A stretch of DNA of 64,000 bases from Octopus sinensis. Its lineage: Eukaryota. Shown here piece after piece: positions 12,574-26,663 of this stretch (positions are counted from its first letter, which is position 1; every line of letters starts with the position of its first letter). The notes beneath the pieces are model-generated. The model made no database searches. It had not been told where the DNA came from and worked only from the letters and a program-made list of their open reading frames with translations. Position numbers and translations under genes: made by a program. The stretch is from NCBI RefSeq assembly GCF_006345805.1, contig NC_043003.1, forward strand, positions 94,178,001 through 94,242,000, in the 5' to 3' direction.

Positions 12574-12628
12574 GTCTCCGATGAAGGGATGTTATTATTA
12601 ATTAATATTCTAGAAACAGTTGCAAGAC
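12574..12628 (+). ncRNA. Degenerate hammerhead motif (family of 60839-60886)
   Basis: GTCT CCGATGA AGGGATGTT...AATATTCTA GAAA CAGTTG CA AGAC. Stem I is intact, but U4C and U16.1C changes predict inactivity. Confidence 0.5.
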
Positions 12629-12992
12629 CTTCTATCTATAAATGCTCTAATATCAATACAGCCTTGTAATCTCATTACGCAAAAAATTCATATATATATA
12701 TATACATATATATTATGTGAAATAGAAAGATGAATAATCTTGTAGTAGATTAATCAAAAGTTTAACCGATACCTTAGTAGCAAAAATCACAGCAGTAAAC
12801 AGCACGGTTGGAGGTACAACCATCTGGCGTAAAACGATTTCTGTTCAATCTGCGTTCAGCTCCATTTCTTCAATTCACCAATAATGTTTTATATACATAT
12901 ATATATATATATAGTTGAAATTTATAGAAAAACAAAGGACGAAGAACAACAAGCAAGTGTATTAACTTGACGCTCGAGAAGAATGAAAATGT

Positions 12993-13028
12993 CTCTTACG
13001 ATTCAAGCCTACGCACTTCAACGGAAAG
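12993..13028 (-). ncRNA. Degenerate hammerhead-like motif, A6U family
   Basis: CTTT CCGTTGA A GTGC-GTAG-GCTT GAAT CG TA AGAG. Confidence 0.35.
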
Positions 13029-14374
13029 AGAAAATAAACAGAGAGCGAGTAAAAAAAACTTGAAGATTTCAGCGGTCCAACATGGTGAATGTTTTATCTC
13101 TGTGTGCGCCAGTGTGTGTGTATGTGTGTGCCTATGTCTTCATATAGCACACACTCGTAAACACACACACACATAAACATATGTATATGTACACATATAA
13201 AATCGTTATATTTAGAGAAGGGTTTTTATTTCTTTTGTATACAACACTTCTATCAATATCTTGAAATGTGTTATTTTCGCTCTCTTACTAATGCACAATA
13301 TTATTTTCCACTTAAGTGGTATGAATTTGCAGGCATCCTGAAGGAAGATCATAAATTTTTTCTTCTAAATTTCAGATGCATGGTTTTTCTCACAACATTC
13401 CTCTTAATGTGTAGTATTGTCCTGAAATGTTTCACATTGTCTAATTTTCCAATTTATCAAGTTACTTCGTTAGACAATTCTGACAATAAATTACCAAAGA
13501 CAATATTTTCTATTAATTATAACTTCGAATAAAATTTTCATTTGCATAATTTTAAGTGTTCATGTTACTTTCATTTTCTCTCCTTTATTTTTTTATTTAA
13601 AAAAAAAACGAAATCCCAGAAAATTTCTCAAATATAATGATTGTAATAAGCATGTTTATAACATTGTTGAAATTTTGAAAGCGTTTAACAAGATTTGATT
13701 ATCAAATTCAAATTCATTAGCACAAAGAATACGAGAAAAGTCAGATATTTGTCAAAAGTAAGATTTCTTATCACTCAATATATTAGAAATAATTACCACA
13801 AATTACATTTATGCGATTTAGTCTATCATGACAACGTATTTAATCTCAGGTATTTAACTAAGTACCAGTGTACGATTACATAAATGTGAAAGTCAGATAA
13901 ACACTGCAGTATGCATGAGAATATATGAATATATTGAAAATTTTTTTTTTAAATAAAAAGAATTAAAGAAATACGTGCATTCATTTTAAATAATCTGCTT
14001 AAGTAATCAAACAATAGATTATCGATTTGACTTTGTCACATCGAGAACCTAGTTCTGCAAGCCATTATTTCCCGAATTTTGGTACTAAATTTCGGAATCA
14101 AAAGAGAAAGATTTCTGTCACATAATATTGGCTCAAAGTTTTGTTACAAGGCCAGCAATTTTGGGGCAGGGATTAAGTCGATTACATTGACTGACCCCGA
14201 AAGGTTGAAGGACAAAAATCGATGCCTGGGGGACTATCACATAATATTACAATTGTGGAAAACCTGCGAAATGAACCAAACAGTTTCGGTTTAAATAGTA
14301 CGCAAAACCTTTTGTTTTGAGTGTTTTATATTTCATAGAATACTGATTATCTGATTTTCAATATTTCATTGTTT

Positions 14375-14520
14375 AAAGACAGCAAGCTGGCAGAATTATT
14401 AGCAAGCCGAACAAAATGCTTAGCGGTTTTTCGTCCATCTTTACGTTCTGCATTCAAATTCCGCCGAGGTCGACTTTGTCTTTCATCCATTTGGGAACGA
14501 TAAAATAATTACCATTTGAA
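14375..14520 (+). mobile_element. tRNA-derived SINE (family 2, Meta-domain-like)
   Basis: AGCTGGCAGAATTATTAGCAAGCCGAACAAAATGCTTAGCG...TTCAAATTCCGCCGAGGTCGACTTTGTCTTTCATCC. Confidence 0.65.
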
Positions 14521-16310
14521 CGACGTGATCAACTTACCCCCCACCCTGTGCCAAAATTTGAAACCAATATTTTTCTGTATGGGTATCTGAAATACAAGAC
14601 TATGAGTTGCTCTATAACACTCAGACGAACACAACAGAGAATACCACATCTCTCTGTGTGACACCAGCCAACGCATATATGCAAAATGGCTACCTAATGA
14701 TTAATGCTTGTAAAACGCTTATCTATTCACATACTGACTATTGTTTCTATGTTGCCTACCTATTGACGGTTGTATGTAAGATGTCTGTCAACTGACTGAT
14801 GATTGTAAGATAGATATCTGTTGATGGACGGTTACATTTGAGGTGTATACCTGCTAACGGATGTTTATACGTAACTAGTAGTTCATGGTGGGTGCATGTA
14901 AATTCATACGTAAATCCTATAATGAAGACCAGTGATAGTAGAGTGTCTTGCCATTAGAACATTTTAGTGAATTCTCTGATAATGACGCACTTGTTAATTA
15001 TACAATACGTTCAGTCACTCTAATTGCAGCCTGATCTGTTAATATCTGTAGCTAGACGGGATGAGACACAGTAAATTTAAGTTGTTTGGCAATAGATACT
15101 GTGCGGTGACACTTCTTCAATATAAAATGCCGAATTACCCAAAGTCATATCCAGCAGCAAAAAAATTAAGTGTAGTCCTAGATATAAAAGGTTTTCAAAG
15201 AAGGTTTAATGATCTCAGCTGGAAAACATTTTAATCAATGAAGGGTAATCTTACACTAATGAGCAAGTAGAAAATGGCGCCGTTCGATCTGATATACAAA
15301 CATATATGTGAGTCTGTTAAGCGTGGAAAACAAGCTGAACGACTGGAATAGGAAGTAATAGAAGGCAAACTGCACGACGCCAAATAGAGCTTAGCGCCAT
15401 TCCGATGTCTTCATTAGACGGATAGGAATATTTAAATCGTATCAATCAAAGCAATTGATATATTTCAGCCAAAGCATAAACATTATTCCGCTTCGATTTC
15501 GAGATACATAAAATATGAATAAAAGATAAAGTAATATAATAAAATTCGTTTTTGATAGAAGACATACTCTAAGGCGACGTTGATGAATGCATACACGCAG
15601 ATAAACACACACTTACACACACTCATATACATGTACACATACACACATGAACATACGCAGATGAATTTACCCCTCCGCCCCCACACTAAACTGTACTAAA
15701 ATACTAATGCATTTGGTTTTAACGGTCAAAATCATCAAAAGAAATGAGAGGGATTTATTACTCTTTTTTTTACTCCAGAGATTTCGATTATTAAAGGGAA
15801 TATTTGCAATATAAATATGTTTATAGTAATATGTCCATTATGTCTAAAGTGATTAAAAAGTAACTTAGAAATAAATGCATAAAAAATATTTTGAAAATTA
15901 TGAAGAAAAATATCAATACGAAGAGTCTCTATATTTATGTCACATGAAATCATGTGTATGTGTTTCTGCATATACGATAGTTAACGAAATAGACACATAC
16001 AGACAATTAGTCACATGTGGATTTGTACTTTCTATAGTTATTGGGATTTTGCAGGAAAAACTATGTGGATTTCATAAACCTGCTTAACATTACACACATA
16101 AAACCAAGTCTAGACACACTATTACAAGCGTTATATTGCACCACTTTAAAAGGGACCCCCCCCACACACACACGTACACACATATAGGAGTGTGTGTGTC
16201 TTTGTGTATATGCGTCATGAACGTATAGATTTATGCTTCTGTGTAAGTAAGTGAGCTTATCAATTTATCTGTCAAGCAATCTATCTATTCATCGATCGAT
16301 CTGTTTATAT

Positions 16311-16421
16311 GTGTGTATGTATGTATGTATGTATGTATGTATGTATGTATGTATGTATGTATGTATGTATGTATGTATGCAATCTATGTATGTATGTATG
16401 TATGTATGTATGTATGTATGT
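16311..16421. repeat. (GTAT)n microsatellite (representative of dozens of TA/CA/TACA arrays)
   Basis: Directly visible tandem repeat. Confidence 0.95.
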
Positions 16422-16559
16422 ATCTCTAACATGTATGTATATGATTGTGTTAATGGGCTGGATCACTAGCTTCTGTATTTATTTATCTTGGTGTGTTAAT
16501 CCATATAAATAATCATTATGATACTATCTCCTCCCTTTTCCCATTCAATCTTCTCTCTG

Positions 16560-18450
16560 CATGAAAGTAATGACTTTTGTAATGCTGGAATATTTTCGAG
16601 GAGACCTCAGTGTATCCTTGTAGCGTTTGCACAGTTCAACGCCAAAGTGTTTTCTCTCAAATAACTCAGTGTAGAAAAGATGTTTACAAAGTCTCCCGTA
16701 CTACATTCAAGATGTGTCAATGCCATCGCATTTGGGATTCGCGAGAATGGTGTAGATGTTGAATAACATCGTACAATTGGTTATCTAAGTGTCTGGAACC
16801 TTGTTTTGCCAATAAAAAGTCAGCATTTTACAGAACCAGTTAAGGTGAAATATATTGATTCGTTTTGCGTCTGTCGTAAACAGTCCAGACATTACTGGTA
16901 TATAGCAGAGTCAGCAGATGAATGATTCAGTAGAGCTGTGTTTCTCAATCATTTGGACCTACGCACCCTTCAATTTCGCATATAAGCGTGGCTGAAAACC
17001 GTCAAAAATAGTCTGGTAATTGAGGCATTCCACATCGACAAATTTTAGCAGAAGTCAATGAAATGCGATACCTGCGTGGGCAGTTTTTATGTTGGTTGTG
17101 AGATTGTTGCCAAGCTGTGTAATCTATATGACCCTGTCACCAGCAAGTAGAGTTTCACTCTTGACTATGGTTGCAGGCACGACATAGACTATGTGATGGA
17201 CTAGTTGGTATATAACTTCGGTTTTATTGTTGATAATAGTGAAAACAAAGTCATAGAAAACAAGGTAAAACTTTTTCATACACCATGCAACACATACTTC
17301 TGAATCTGGTTTGAGAACAGTCATTAAAATCAAGGACTCGAATACTACCTCCTCCACCACTTTGTTTAAACCTTCTCAGGCTGATTGTCGCACTGATTGT
17401 CATCAGTTGGGTTATTGTATGGAGAAGCCATTCACTTGTCCTGAAATATACTAGTCAACATGGCTTAAAATATCATGCCTGTAAAACACGGATGACATCG
17501 GGTGCTTTTATTGTCTGTATGTTCACTCAGCAATAGTTTCAGTTTGCAAAATTTATTTGGAATCATACTTGTCTTTGTAAGAACTAATTTGTGCGTGCAC
17601 ACTAATAGAAAATGCTTATATTTGATTACATGCTAACACAAAGGCTGTTGGTAATCCTTCAGAAAATATAACATACCTATATTGCAATGGCAATACTATA
17701 GATGACAAGTAATGATGAGAAAATCCATGACGCTGGTAGAATATTGATAAGCAATTTCCGATCAGAGAACAATCTGCAGTCTTCAAATATTAAGAGATCT
17801 CGTCAAGCCTACGGTTCCGTAATATATTCATGTTATCTATCATTTATGTGGTGGTGGCTTAAATGGATGGCAAAAACCAGAGTGACATGCATTCAATTTT
17901 GTTCTTTTCGGGTACTAATGAAAGCTGAATTGGATAAAATATTGCATCTAGGACACTGACTATTCAAACATTCTGTGTAGACCAATGTGTCAAAGCCCAC
18001 TCTGCTTTATATTAGAAGCATTCAACAGGTCCTATGAACAGACATTTAAAGTTAGCTGGCAGCAGAAATCACCGCAGGAGTTGCTAATCGAACTGGAAGA
18101 CTGGATACGTTCTGATCGAACTGAGTTGCTGATCGAACTTGATACGTTCTTCCAAGCACATTACGAGATACATGACAAAGTACTATCAGGATGTACGAAT
18201 TTCACAAAGTGAGGTTTACCACATTCTCATTTTTGTTTTCATCATAGGGAATATCCACAACGGATGGGAAGAAATCGGCCAAATTTTCTCTACTGAACTT
18301 CCCAATCCAAATAATGCATGCGAAGCTGACTTCATGGTTCAGTAACGAAGCGTATGAAGCATAGAACAAATGGAGAGCAGAATGTAACTTTGCTTTGTAA
18401 GTTAAGATGGACGTTACAGCAAGAATTCTACCGGTGAGTTCCATTCAAAA
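16560..18450 (-). mobile_element. Decayed RTE-clade (BovB-like) LINE ORF2 fragment
   Basis: Minus-strand frameshifted matches to RTE ORF2: TIINNKTEVIYQL (cf. TISTKKTEVMHQP), LYTSNVWTVY (cf. LYACETWTVY), ..WQNKVPDT, KRYKDTL, and YDEN (cf. DWFDEN). Many stops. Confidence 0.65.
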
Positions 18451-19592
18451 ACATTAAGTAGTGATGACTGTTATCACAGCGACCAGGCCGTGCTGAAAGG
18501 GTTCATACTATTATCTTGCGAGTTGGAAACAGAGCTATCTTAAAACAGAGACATTCTAAAACAAAGACGACCTGAAGCGCTTGATTATTTGAAAAATTTG
18601 AACTTTTATCAACGTTGAATTGTGGCCATTTATTACAGTTGTTAGATATTACTATAAATACACTTTCAAATGCCCTAATCATTCTACAATCTCGCTACAA
18701 AGAGAACTCACACTAATGTCTTGACGTTGACGACGCGTCTCAGGCGATAAAGCCAAAGGGAATTTCTTATCGATAGCTATTTGAAACAGATGTTCATTCT
18801 AATTATAATTTTTTTTGATACAATCTTAGAGTCAACGCAGGCAACATCAAAAAGTACATCTTTTTTGATAAAGTGTGTGTTAATTATAATGAACGTGATC
18901 TTATAATTAACCAATATCATTAAACATTAATTGGTAGATAAAAATGATTATAAAGAGGCAGCAACAAATGACATTTAGTTCGTAATTATTTCTATGTAAT
19001 TCTTTCTCTGTGTCTCATTAATAAATAGTTTATGAGATTATACTTATTATCTGGAGAATAAATTTCAGCTTCAATTTGAAACTAATTACGAAAATAATTT
19101 CTGTTGGAATATTTTTTCGAATGATCCAAAACAATCTTGTTTTATACATGGTAAAACAGCCGAAAAGCTACTGTTGTGAAATCTAGACTGAAGATGTTAC
19201 TTCAAAGTGTGTATCCAATAATCGCTATTTTATTGTCACCCAGGAAATACACGAAATTCTGCTTCAGTTATTTAAAAAAGGGTTTTATTAGAACCTTAAA
19301 AGTAAATATTCGGTAAAAAGAAAATGTCACAAGAAAGTATACTTCAATGCAGAATAGAGCAGAACATTTATCGAGAGAAAAAGTAATTATTAAATAACTG
19401 AAATAACGTCGGTAGTGAAAAGGAAAAAAAAATCATTAAACCTAATGATAGCTCTAAACATTGGTGGTGTAATTTCAACTGATTAATAATTAAGTTTCGT
19501 CTCACTATATCAAGTATACTAACTCGCATTTAAAGAGAAATAAACTGCTCAATAAGCGGCAAATAACATGTCAGTTAAATTGATAATCATAT

Positions 19593-19681
<89 letters not shown>

Positions 19682-19724
19682 CATGTATATATATATTAAA
19701 ATGGCATAGTTTTTTTTATTCTTT

Positions 19725-19778
19725 TACTTATTTCAGTCATTAGGCTGTGGTCATGCTGGAGCACCGCCTTTAGTCAAA
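19725..19778 (-). mobile_element. SINE family 1 3'-tail fragment
   Basis: TTTCAGTCATTAGGCTGTGGTCATGCTGGAGCACCGCCTTTAGTC. Confidence 0.7.
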
Positions 19779-20073
19779 CAGAAAGAGGGAGAAAGAAGGA
19801 AGGAAAGAAGATATTGACTAAAAGAGAGTAACTATTACAGAGAGAGAGAGAGAGAATATATGTAAGCAAGAGAAACAGAGAATGAGAAAAGAGTGAGAAT
19901 CGGTTGAAAAACTGCAGAATAAAATCTGTGTGAAACAGCTTTTTCCCCAGTTTCTTGCTTTACGCTGGAACTCAGGGTAGAAATTTACAGTGCATAACCA
20001 TCCTTGGCACATAAGTAAAGTGTGTGAGAAAATTTGGTGAAAATCGATGGCAAACTGTAGAAATGCATACATG

Positions 20074-20111
<38 letters not shown>

Positions 20112-20119
20112 TGTTCTAT

Positions 20120-20208
20120 ATATCTTTTACTTGTTTCAGTCATTTGACTGCGGCCATGCTGGAGCACCGCCTTTAGTCGAGGAAATCGACCCCCAGGACT
20201 TATTATTT
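20120..20208 (-). mobile_element. SINE family 1 3'-tail fragment
   Basis: TTTCAGTCATTTGACTGCGGCCATGCTGGAGCACCGCCTTTAGTCGAGGAAATCGACCCCCAGGACTTATT. Confidence 0.8.
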
Positions 20209-20478
20209 GTTTACTGTTTATTAACTGTGTATACAACATATTTTAGCATAAAGCTCTGAAATAATCAAGGTAACATAAGTTAATTTTGGACGTTAGTCTC
20301 ATAATTGGTAGCATATGTACACTACAGTATAAAAGCGGTAATTGAGGATAAAGGAGGATCAACCAGATGTTAAAACTAATGTATATTGTGAAATATACCA
20401 TAATCAACCATGTTCACGAGTTAACACTGAGATAGCTGAGCCCCAAATCATTGGGGTCGCCTAATACTTTTGGCCAAG

Positions 20479-20519
<41 letters not shown>

Positions 20520-21566
20520 TTCGTCTCTATTTATATTTCATTATTATTTCATTTTTATTTCGTATTTGTTTATTCGCAATTCTTTTTTCGTTAATGGGAA
20601 CCTTTATTCGTAATTTTAATCATATTTTTTTCTCTTTAAATTTTTTCCTTAAATGTTTATTCCTTGAGTTTTTATTACTTAAATTTTTAATATTCAGTTA
20701 TTTGTATTTATTATTTGTATTTCTATTCATTTGTACATGTTAAGTAAGATTATATTGAAGATATAGAGTATCATGGAAGTATATAAGAGATAGGGGTAGT
20801 GAAAAAATTTGAGGAATCCATACCTAAAGATTGGGAGTATGTCGAACCGAGTATTGAAACTAGATACCTCGTCTCTAATCAATACCGACGTATTTTCATG
20901 AAACACGTGAAGTCTTATAAACGGAAGATACAGGATTCAGAATAGATATAGTTAGTATAAGATATAATTTTTAACATTTTATGGAGTGGTCGGGTATAAA
21001 ATCTTTTAGTGTTGATTGAGTTAAAGGTGGTTCTGTCTCTAAAATTACTTATATTTATATATATATTTATATACGCATTCAAACATTCCTACACACGTAC
21101 ATTTATCTGTACGTCCATATATGTATATACACACACAGACATTCACATTTATTTATATACATTTACACATACGCACGAATCATCACGTACACACGTCATC
21201 ATACATACGCGTATGCACACTTATGTACATATATACGTATGCACAGATACATTGATCGGTATTCACGTTGACATATACATATACATACGCACACACACAT
21301 GTATGCACGCATATATATATATATATATATATATTTAATGTAGGATAAAATGTTTTCGAAAAAATTTTTATCAATGGCCAGCATATTACAAAGTACCTTT
21401 ATAGGTTAAATTTATAAACAACTTATAAATGAGGGCAAACGAAAAAAATTATAATGTCAAATATGCCGAAATTAGACACATTGTCCATAACCATTATAAT
21501 TTTTTCACAGTACGCACGCTACTCAAAAGAGGTCGACAGAAATTTCTAAAAAATTCCATTATTACC

Positions 21567-21620
21567 ATATCGGACCGATTTCAGGGTTAGTTCGTAAGAA
21601 CCCTCCTTTCGTCAGTGATA
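21567..21620 (-). ncRNA. Hammerhead ribozyme motif, slightly decayed
   Basis: TATCA CTGACGA AAGG AGGGTT-CTTACGAACT-AACCCT GAAA TCGG TC CGATA: intact core, GUC triplet, closing stem I pair mismatched. Confidence 0.55.
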
Positions 21621-21654
21621 AATGTGGCAGAGAAATAAATGAGATACTTACTCA

Positions 21655-22050
21655 TACCCATGGAGAAGCAAACACTAAGTCATGAGCACAACTAAGGACA
21701 AACAAACGAATTAAGTCGATTATATCAACCCTAGTGCGTAACTGGTACTTATTTAATCGATCCCGAAAGGATGAAAGGCAAAGTCGACCTCGGCGGAACT
21801 TAACGGCAGACGAAATACCTATTTCTTTACTACTCACAAGGGGCTAAACACAGAGAGGACAAACAAGAACAGACAAACGGATTAAGTCGATATATCGACC
21901 CTAGTGCGTAACTGGTACTTAATTTATCGACCCCGAAAGGATGAAAGGCAAAATCGACCTCGGCGGAATTTGAACTCAGAACGTAACGACAGACGAAATA
22001 CGGTTACGCATTTCGCCCGGCGTGCTAACGTTTCCGCCAGCTCACCACCT
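21655..22050 (-). mobile_element. SINE family 2 (Meta-domain-like), partial tandem dimer
   Basis: The block ATTAAGTCGAT...CCTAGTGCGTAACTGGTACTT...CCCGAAAGGATGAAAGGCAAA.TCGACCTCGGCGGAA occurs at about 21710-21800 and about 21880-21970. The tRNA-like head ends at GCCAGCTCACCACC (about 22050). Confidence 0.8.
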
Positions 22051-23509
22051 TAATTTATTTAAATAACAGCTATTTATTTAAATAACAGTGATTTTTATTA
22101 ACACAAATTTCAATTGAAACTTGTAGGTAGACTGTCATTCGTAGTCTAGAATTAACAAGGTTGATAACTAGAGAACCTATCACTAGTTCGAATCTTCTTC
22201 CCTATAAAGCTACACTTCGTCATGGTCAGCGCTTTTAACTTTTAACTGTGAATACTACACATCTGTAATTATGCTGTTCAAGCTCACCATATTAAGAAAT
22301 AACGGAACATTTTCAGAACTTTAGCCAACCATATTCAAGTTCCTTCTTCATAAGATTTTGAATTCGCTAGAGGTTTTATTCCAATTAGCGTTTCTGACAT
22401 CAGCATTATTAGGTACTCTATGGAACTTTTACTATCCTAGGTTAATGGATTTGGGATTAAACGTAGCGGTCATACATCGTTAAAAATGTGCGAGCACGAG
22501 TGTGTGAATATATCTATGAATGTGCACACACACATACACACAATCATACACACACACACACACGCCCACGCACACACACACACACATATGTTTATGTATA
22601 TGTATGTGTATATATACATTTATGTGCATGAGTGTGTACATTTATGTGTATGTGTGATATATTTGAAAGAAAATATTTCGTTTATGGATTTGGTTTGCAA
22701 CATTATGTGAGTTCGTGTGATAAAGCATATTCTGTTGTGACAGAGGAGAGTTGTTTTCTTTTTTTGCCTTATAACACAACACATTCACCGTTAACATTTC
22801 CACTTATTTCTTATTTTTATTTTCCTCAAATTTTGTTGCGTCTTGCAACCTTTTCAATAGTCTTGACTCTGTCCGTTATCTACACTGCGTTCCTTCTTTC
22901 TCGCTTGTGCGCATGTGTGTGGGTCAGTATTTGTGTGTGCCTATGCATACATGCATGTATGCATGTTTGCATTTGTGTGTATGTATGTATGTGTATATAT
23001 GCATATGTATATAAGTATGTATGTGAGTGCATCTGTACGTATGTATTCTGCATATTCATGTATTCGCGTATCCGTGTTTGTGTGTTTTTTATGTATGTGT
23101 GTGTGTGTGTGCTTGTACATGTACGCACCTCTGTCTCCTTGTGTGTGCATGTCTGAGTGTGTGTGTGTGTGTTTTGCAACTATGTACCATGCTTGTATGT
23201 ATGGATGTGCATATCTATATGTGTGGATCCGTGTCTCCATATGTGTCCTTGTGTGAAGTAAAGTGTGTGTATATATGGCCATGTGTTTCAGTCTCCATTT
23301 GTGCATGTGTGCTTGTCTGTTCATATAACCTATGTACCTATCCGTCTGTATGTTGATCTGTTTATTTTTATATCCATATGCTTACTTACATGTGCATACA
23401 CACACTCACACCCACACACACACATACATACATCTATCTACATAACAGTTCACTAACTATTCTACTCTACATGTGTAAACTGTCGGTGTTGGGGTGTGAT
23501 ATCTACTAT

Positions 23510-25905
23510 GTGTATTTCCTATTTAGTATTGGGAAAGTTTCATTTATAAGGACGTACTCCTGTATTTGTCTGAGTGTTGGGTCTTTTCGGTGTTTGGATA
23601 AGATACGGATGTCAAGTTGACACAGGTTGCCTCCATGGTGGTCTTTGGCATGTCGGTAGAGTATGGAGGATTGTTTTTTGTCGTCATATTATCTCAGATG
23701 TTCATTTAGTCGTTCCACAATGTTCCTAGATGTCCCCACTATGTATGTCATGTTCATGTCATTACAAGCAACATCTATGCATCTTATGGTGTAAACTACA
23801 TTTCTAGTTCTACAGTTAATTCCAGGTCTAATCCTACATACCATGCAGTTGTCATTGGTGCATACGGTATTCTCAAAGGGGTAGATCCTATATAGTTGTG
23901 ATCTGACGGAGTTCCCTGGCTTTTCAACAATCTTAATGTTCAGCTTGGTCTCCTTCAGAGCTTTTCTAAATCTACGGGCTGGTTCTCCGTGGGCTGTGGC
24001 CTCTACAAACATCACTCCTTGATAGTTGTCACTTTTATACAACGTGATCGCCCTGTTTACTTTGTCACAAGTTCTTTGTATCCGATTCCATTCTTTGTTT
24101 CAATATCTAGGGCAGGTACCACTGGTATCATTACGTATAATGTTTTCTAATTTCTTTCTAACCCCCTCCCTGTATACTCGAACCCTATCTTTCTGACAAT
24201 ATCCAAAGTACTGCATGCGGTGCATGAAGTTCTGTATATGTTTTTTTCGTTTCAATGAGTTCGCATAGTGGGGACACATTGTTCATTATCCTAAGTCTGC
24301 TATCAGTATATTAATTTTCATGTTGCATGACAAAGCTGAGGTCTTGTGAACAACATATTTTGAAGTTAGGGGTTTCATGAATTAGGAGTGGAGGAGATGA
24401 ACTCTATTGTTCACAGTCTCTAACATAAGTTCAGTATCAAGTACAGGTAATCTATTGTTGGGGTGCTTAGTGGGGTAATCTATAGTTACCTTGATACTTT
24501 GGTGAATGGAGTTAGCTATTTGCTGGATGCTCTCCATTACGTTCTTCTCAGTTTCTACTCTACCGTCACTAGAGTTGGTCTTAACTATAATATTAATATC
24601 ATCTACATATCTACTGTTGTGTAGAAGAGTTGTAGACCTTTCTACGAACATTTATTTAAGTTTTCTGTCCCACCAGGTCATAAAGAGGCCGGCCACATCT
24701 CCAGGTACAAGGACACCGATGGCTGCACCTTGAACCTGCATGTATAGTTTTTTGTTAAACTTTACTATGTGGTTCTTCAATGTGGTTTTTACACTGGCCC
24801 CTGTTGCATGAGCAATCATTTCTTTTACCTGATTGTTGTTCTCAGGGTTTTGGGTGGGTGCGGTCCAGCCACTCCAGCGCCCTGTGGTGATTTTCTTGAC
24901 TGCTGAAGTGATGGTAGGTGGTCTTCTCCACTGCGACCTGGTGGGGCAGAATCTACTGAGATCATGGTCATCTAATTAGTTACTGTCATAGCTTAGTCTG
25001 AGGAGGAGGCCCAGTTTCCTCGAGTCGATCTTACGGAACTCCACCTCACTATCACAGATGACCTAAATGCATTTCTCCACAGCAAAACTTATGTCTATAG
25101 ATGAGTAGATGGAAATCACATCCATACTACCCACTACATAACCTGTGAGGTCGTTGGAGTGGTTGCAAGTACTGATTTTACTGAGGAGATCTTTTTTGCA
25201 CACACAGACATCTGGAGACATCTCTATAACAGGTCGTAATACCTGCGAGATGAAGTAGGACAGTCTATAGTTGCTGGAGATATTCGCTCCGAAAACTGCT
25301 CTGGTTGGGGGCCCCACGACAGGGTTTATGTAGGGTGTGTGGTCTTTGCGTAACCCGTATAGTGTAGGAACATCATTGTTGGATGCTTGGAAATTGTGTA
25401 CCGTCCTTTTTATAGGTTGGAGTATGTTGCACCATATTCCCATGTGGGCATTGAGGAGTTTTTCCACTCTTTCATGTTCCTATGGTGTAACTTTTCTCAT
25501 GCTACTGATGTGTTGTTGCATGGTCTGGACATAGTTTTGTGGGATGTCTATTGACAGTCTGCCAGACTTGTCCGTAAGAAGGCACACTAATTCTCTGTTC
25601 CTAATTCGCTGTTTCAGTTTTTGAAGGCCTTTGTCAACAGATGAACTGACTTGGTGGGTCACCCTCTTCAGTATGTTTTTTAGTGGATTTGTTGTATCGG
25701 TCTAAGATATGTCAGAGTCTATTTCTAGCTAAGGAGATCTTTGCTTCTGTCTCACTGTCAATTTGGGGCGGGATACTTACCCTTTTGCTAAAGGGTAAGT
25801 CTGTGGGGTAGATCCTCGTCATGTCATAAAATTTCTTGTTAGGGTTATAGAAGACAGAGTGTAGAGTGTTATTATCGTTGTGCTTGTTGTTGTTGTTATA
25901 GTTGA
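23510..25905 (-). mobile_element. Penelope-like retroelement (Neptune-like), pseudogenised RT plus GIY-YIG endonuclease
   Basis: Motifs in order: PTDLPFSKRV, TDKSGRL, YGLRKDH, GSMDVISIY, QVQGAAIG...FMTWWD, RYVDDI, TIDYP...LPVLD. Then a four-Cys linker CTNDNCMVC...NC and GIY-YIG NVVYTIRC...YIVGTSRNIVERLNEH, ending LRQIQE. Multiple stops and frameshifts. Confidence 0.9.
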
Positions 25906-26577
25906 AAGAAAATAAATGTATCAAAATCTGTGTATATAAGTGTGTGTGCGTGCGTGTGTGTGTGTGTATTATGCACGTTTGTTTACGTAAGCATATATGT
26001 ATATTTTGGGGTTAGAAGCAACGAACAAGTGTATGTATGTAACATTTTATGACTGTAAGTGATTGCATGTTTCAGGGTGTGAACGTATACATATACGATT
26101 AGGAGCATTTAACCATGTATCTGTTGAAGTTCCGTCTCCATATATATCTCTAAGCGTAGACAAAAGTGCTCAGTTAATTTAGCTTCCATTTCTTATATAA
26201 CTTTTCTTAGATTCCTAACACTCGACGCATAAACACTTACTCGCTCCGTACTAAAATCCCGCCCATTCACTTAAAATAATCCTTCTAAAAACTAAAGAGT
26301 AGCCACTTCCAAACAACCAATTAAAGCCATTTTCTTTCTTAAACACTGCTCTTTAATTTAAACTAATTACACCTCTCTTTTATCGATTGAGACAGAGCAG
26401 TGTATTTTACAGTATGGATATGGCCACATGGTAAATCTTCGAAGTTACTCTCAATAAAATTACACATTCACACACACACATACACACACGCATACACACA
26501 CGTGCGCGCGTGTGGTGTATGTGTGTAAACACGTGTGTCTGTGAACACCTGTGTGTCTGTAAACAGGTGCGTGTGTT

Positions 26578-26608
<31 letters not shown>

Positions 26609-26663
26609 TTGTGTGGACTGTGTATGGTCTATGTGCGTGTATGAGTGCGCGTGTGCTTGTGTA

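Noticed and set aside
15268-15285. YY1-like AAAATGGCG motifs (also about 3940 minus and about 60095)
   Set aside because: Isolated short motifs with no promoter context; expected by chance in 64 kb.
20520-21050. T-rich unit ending GTGGTTCTGTCTCTAA with GAAACACGTG, resembling the 8593 and 62308 pLTR units
   Set aside because: No recognisable CUGANGA core or stem I; possibly an older relative, but not supportable as a ribozyme.
21655-22050. Repeat-spacer-repeat look (CRISPR-like)
   Set aside because: Eukaryotic SINE duplication with only two units and no cas genes.
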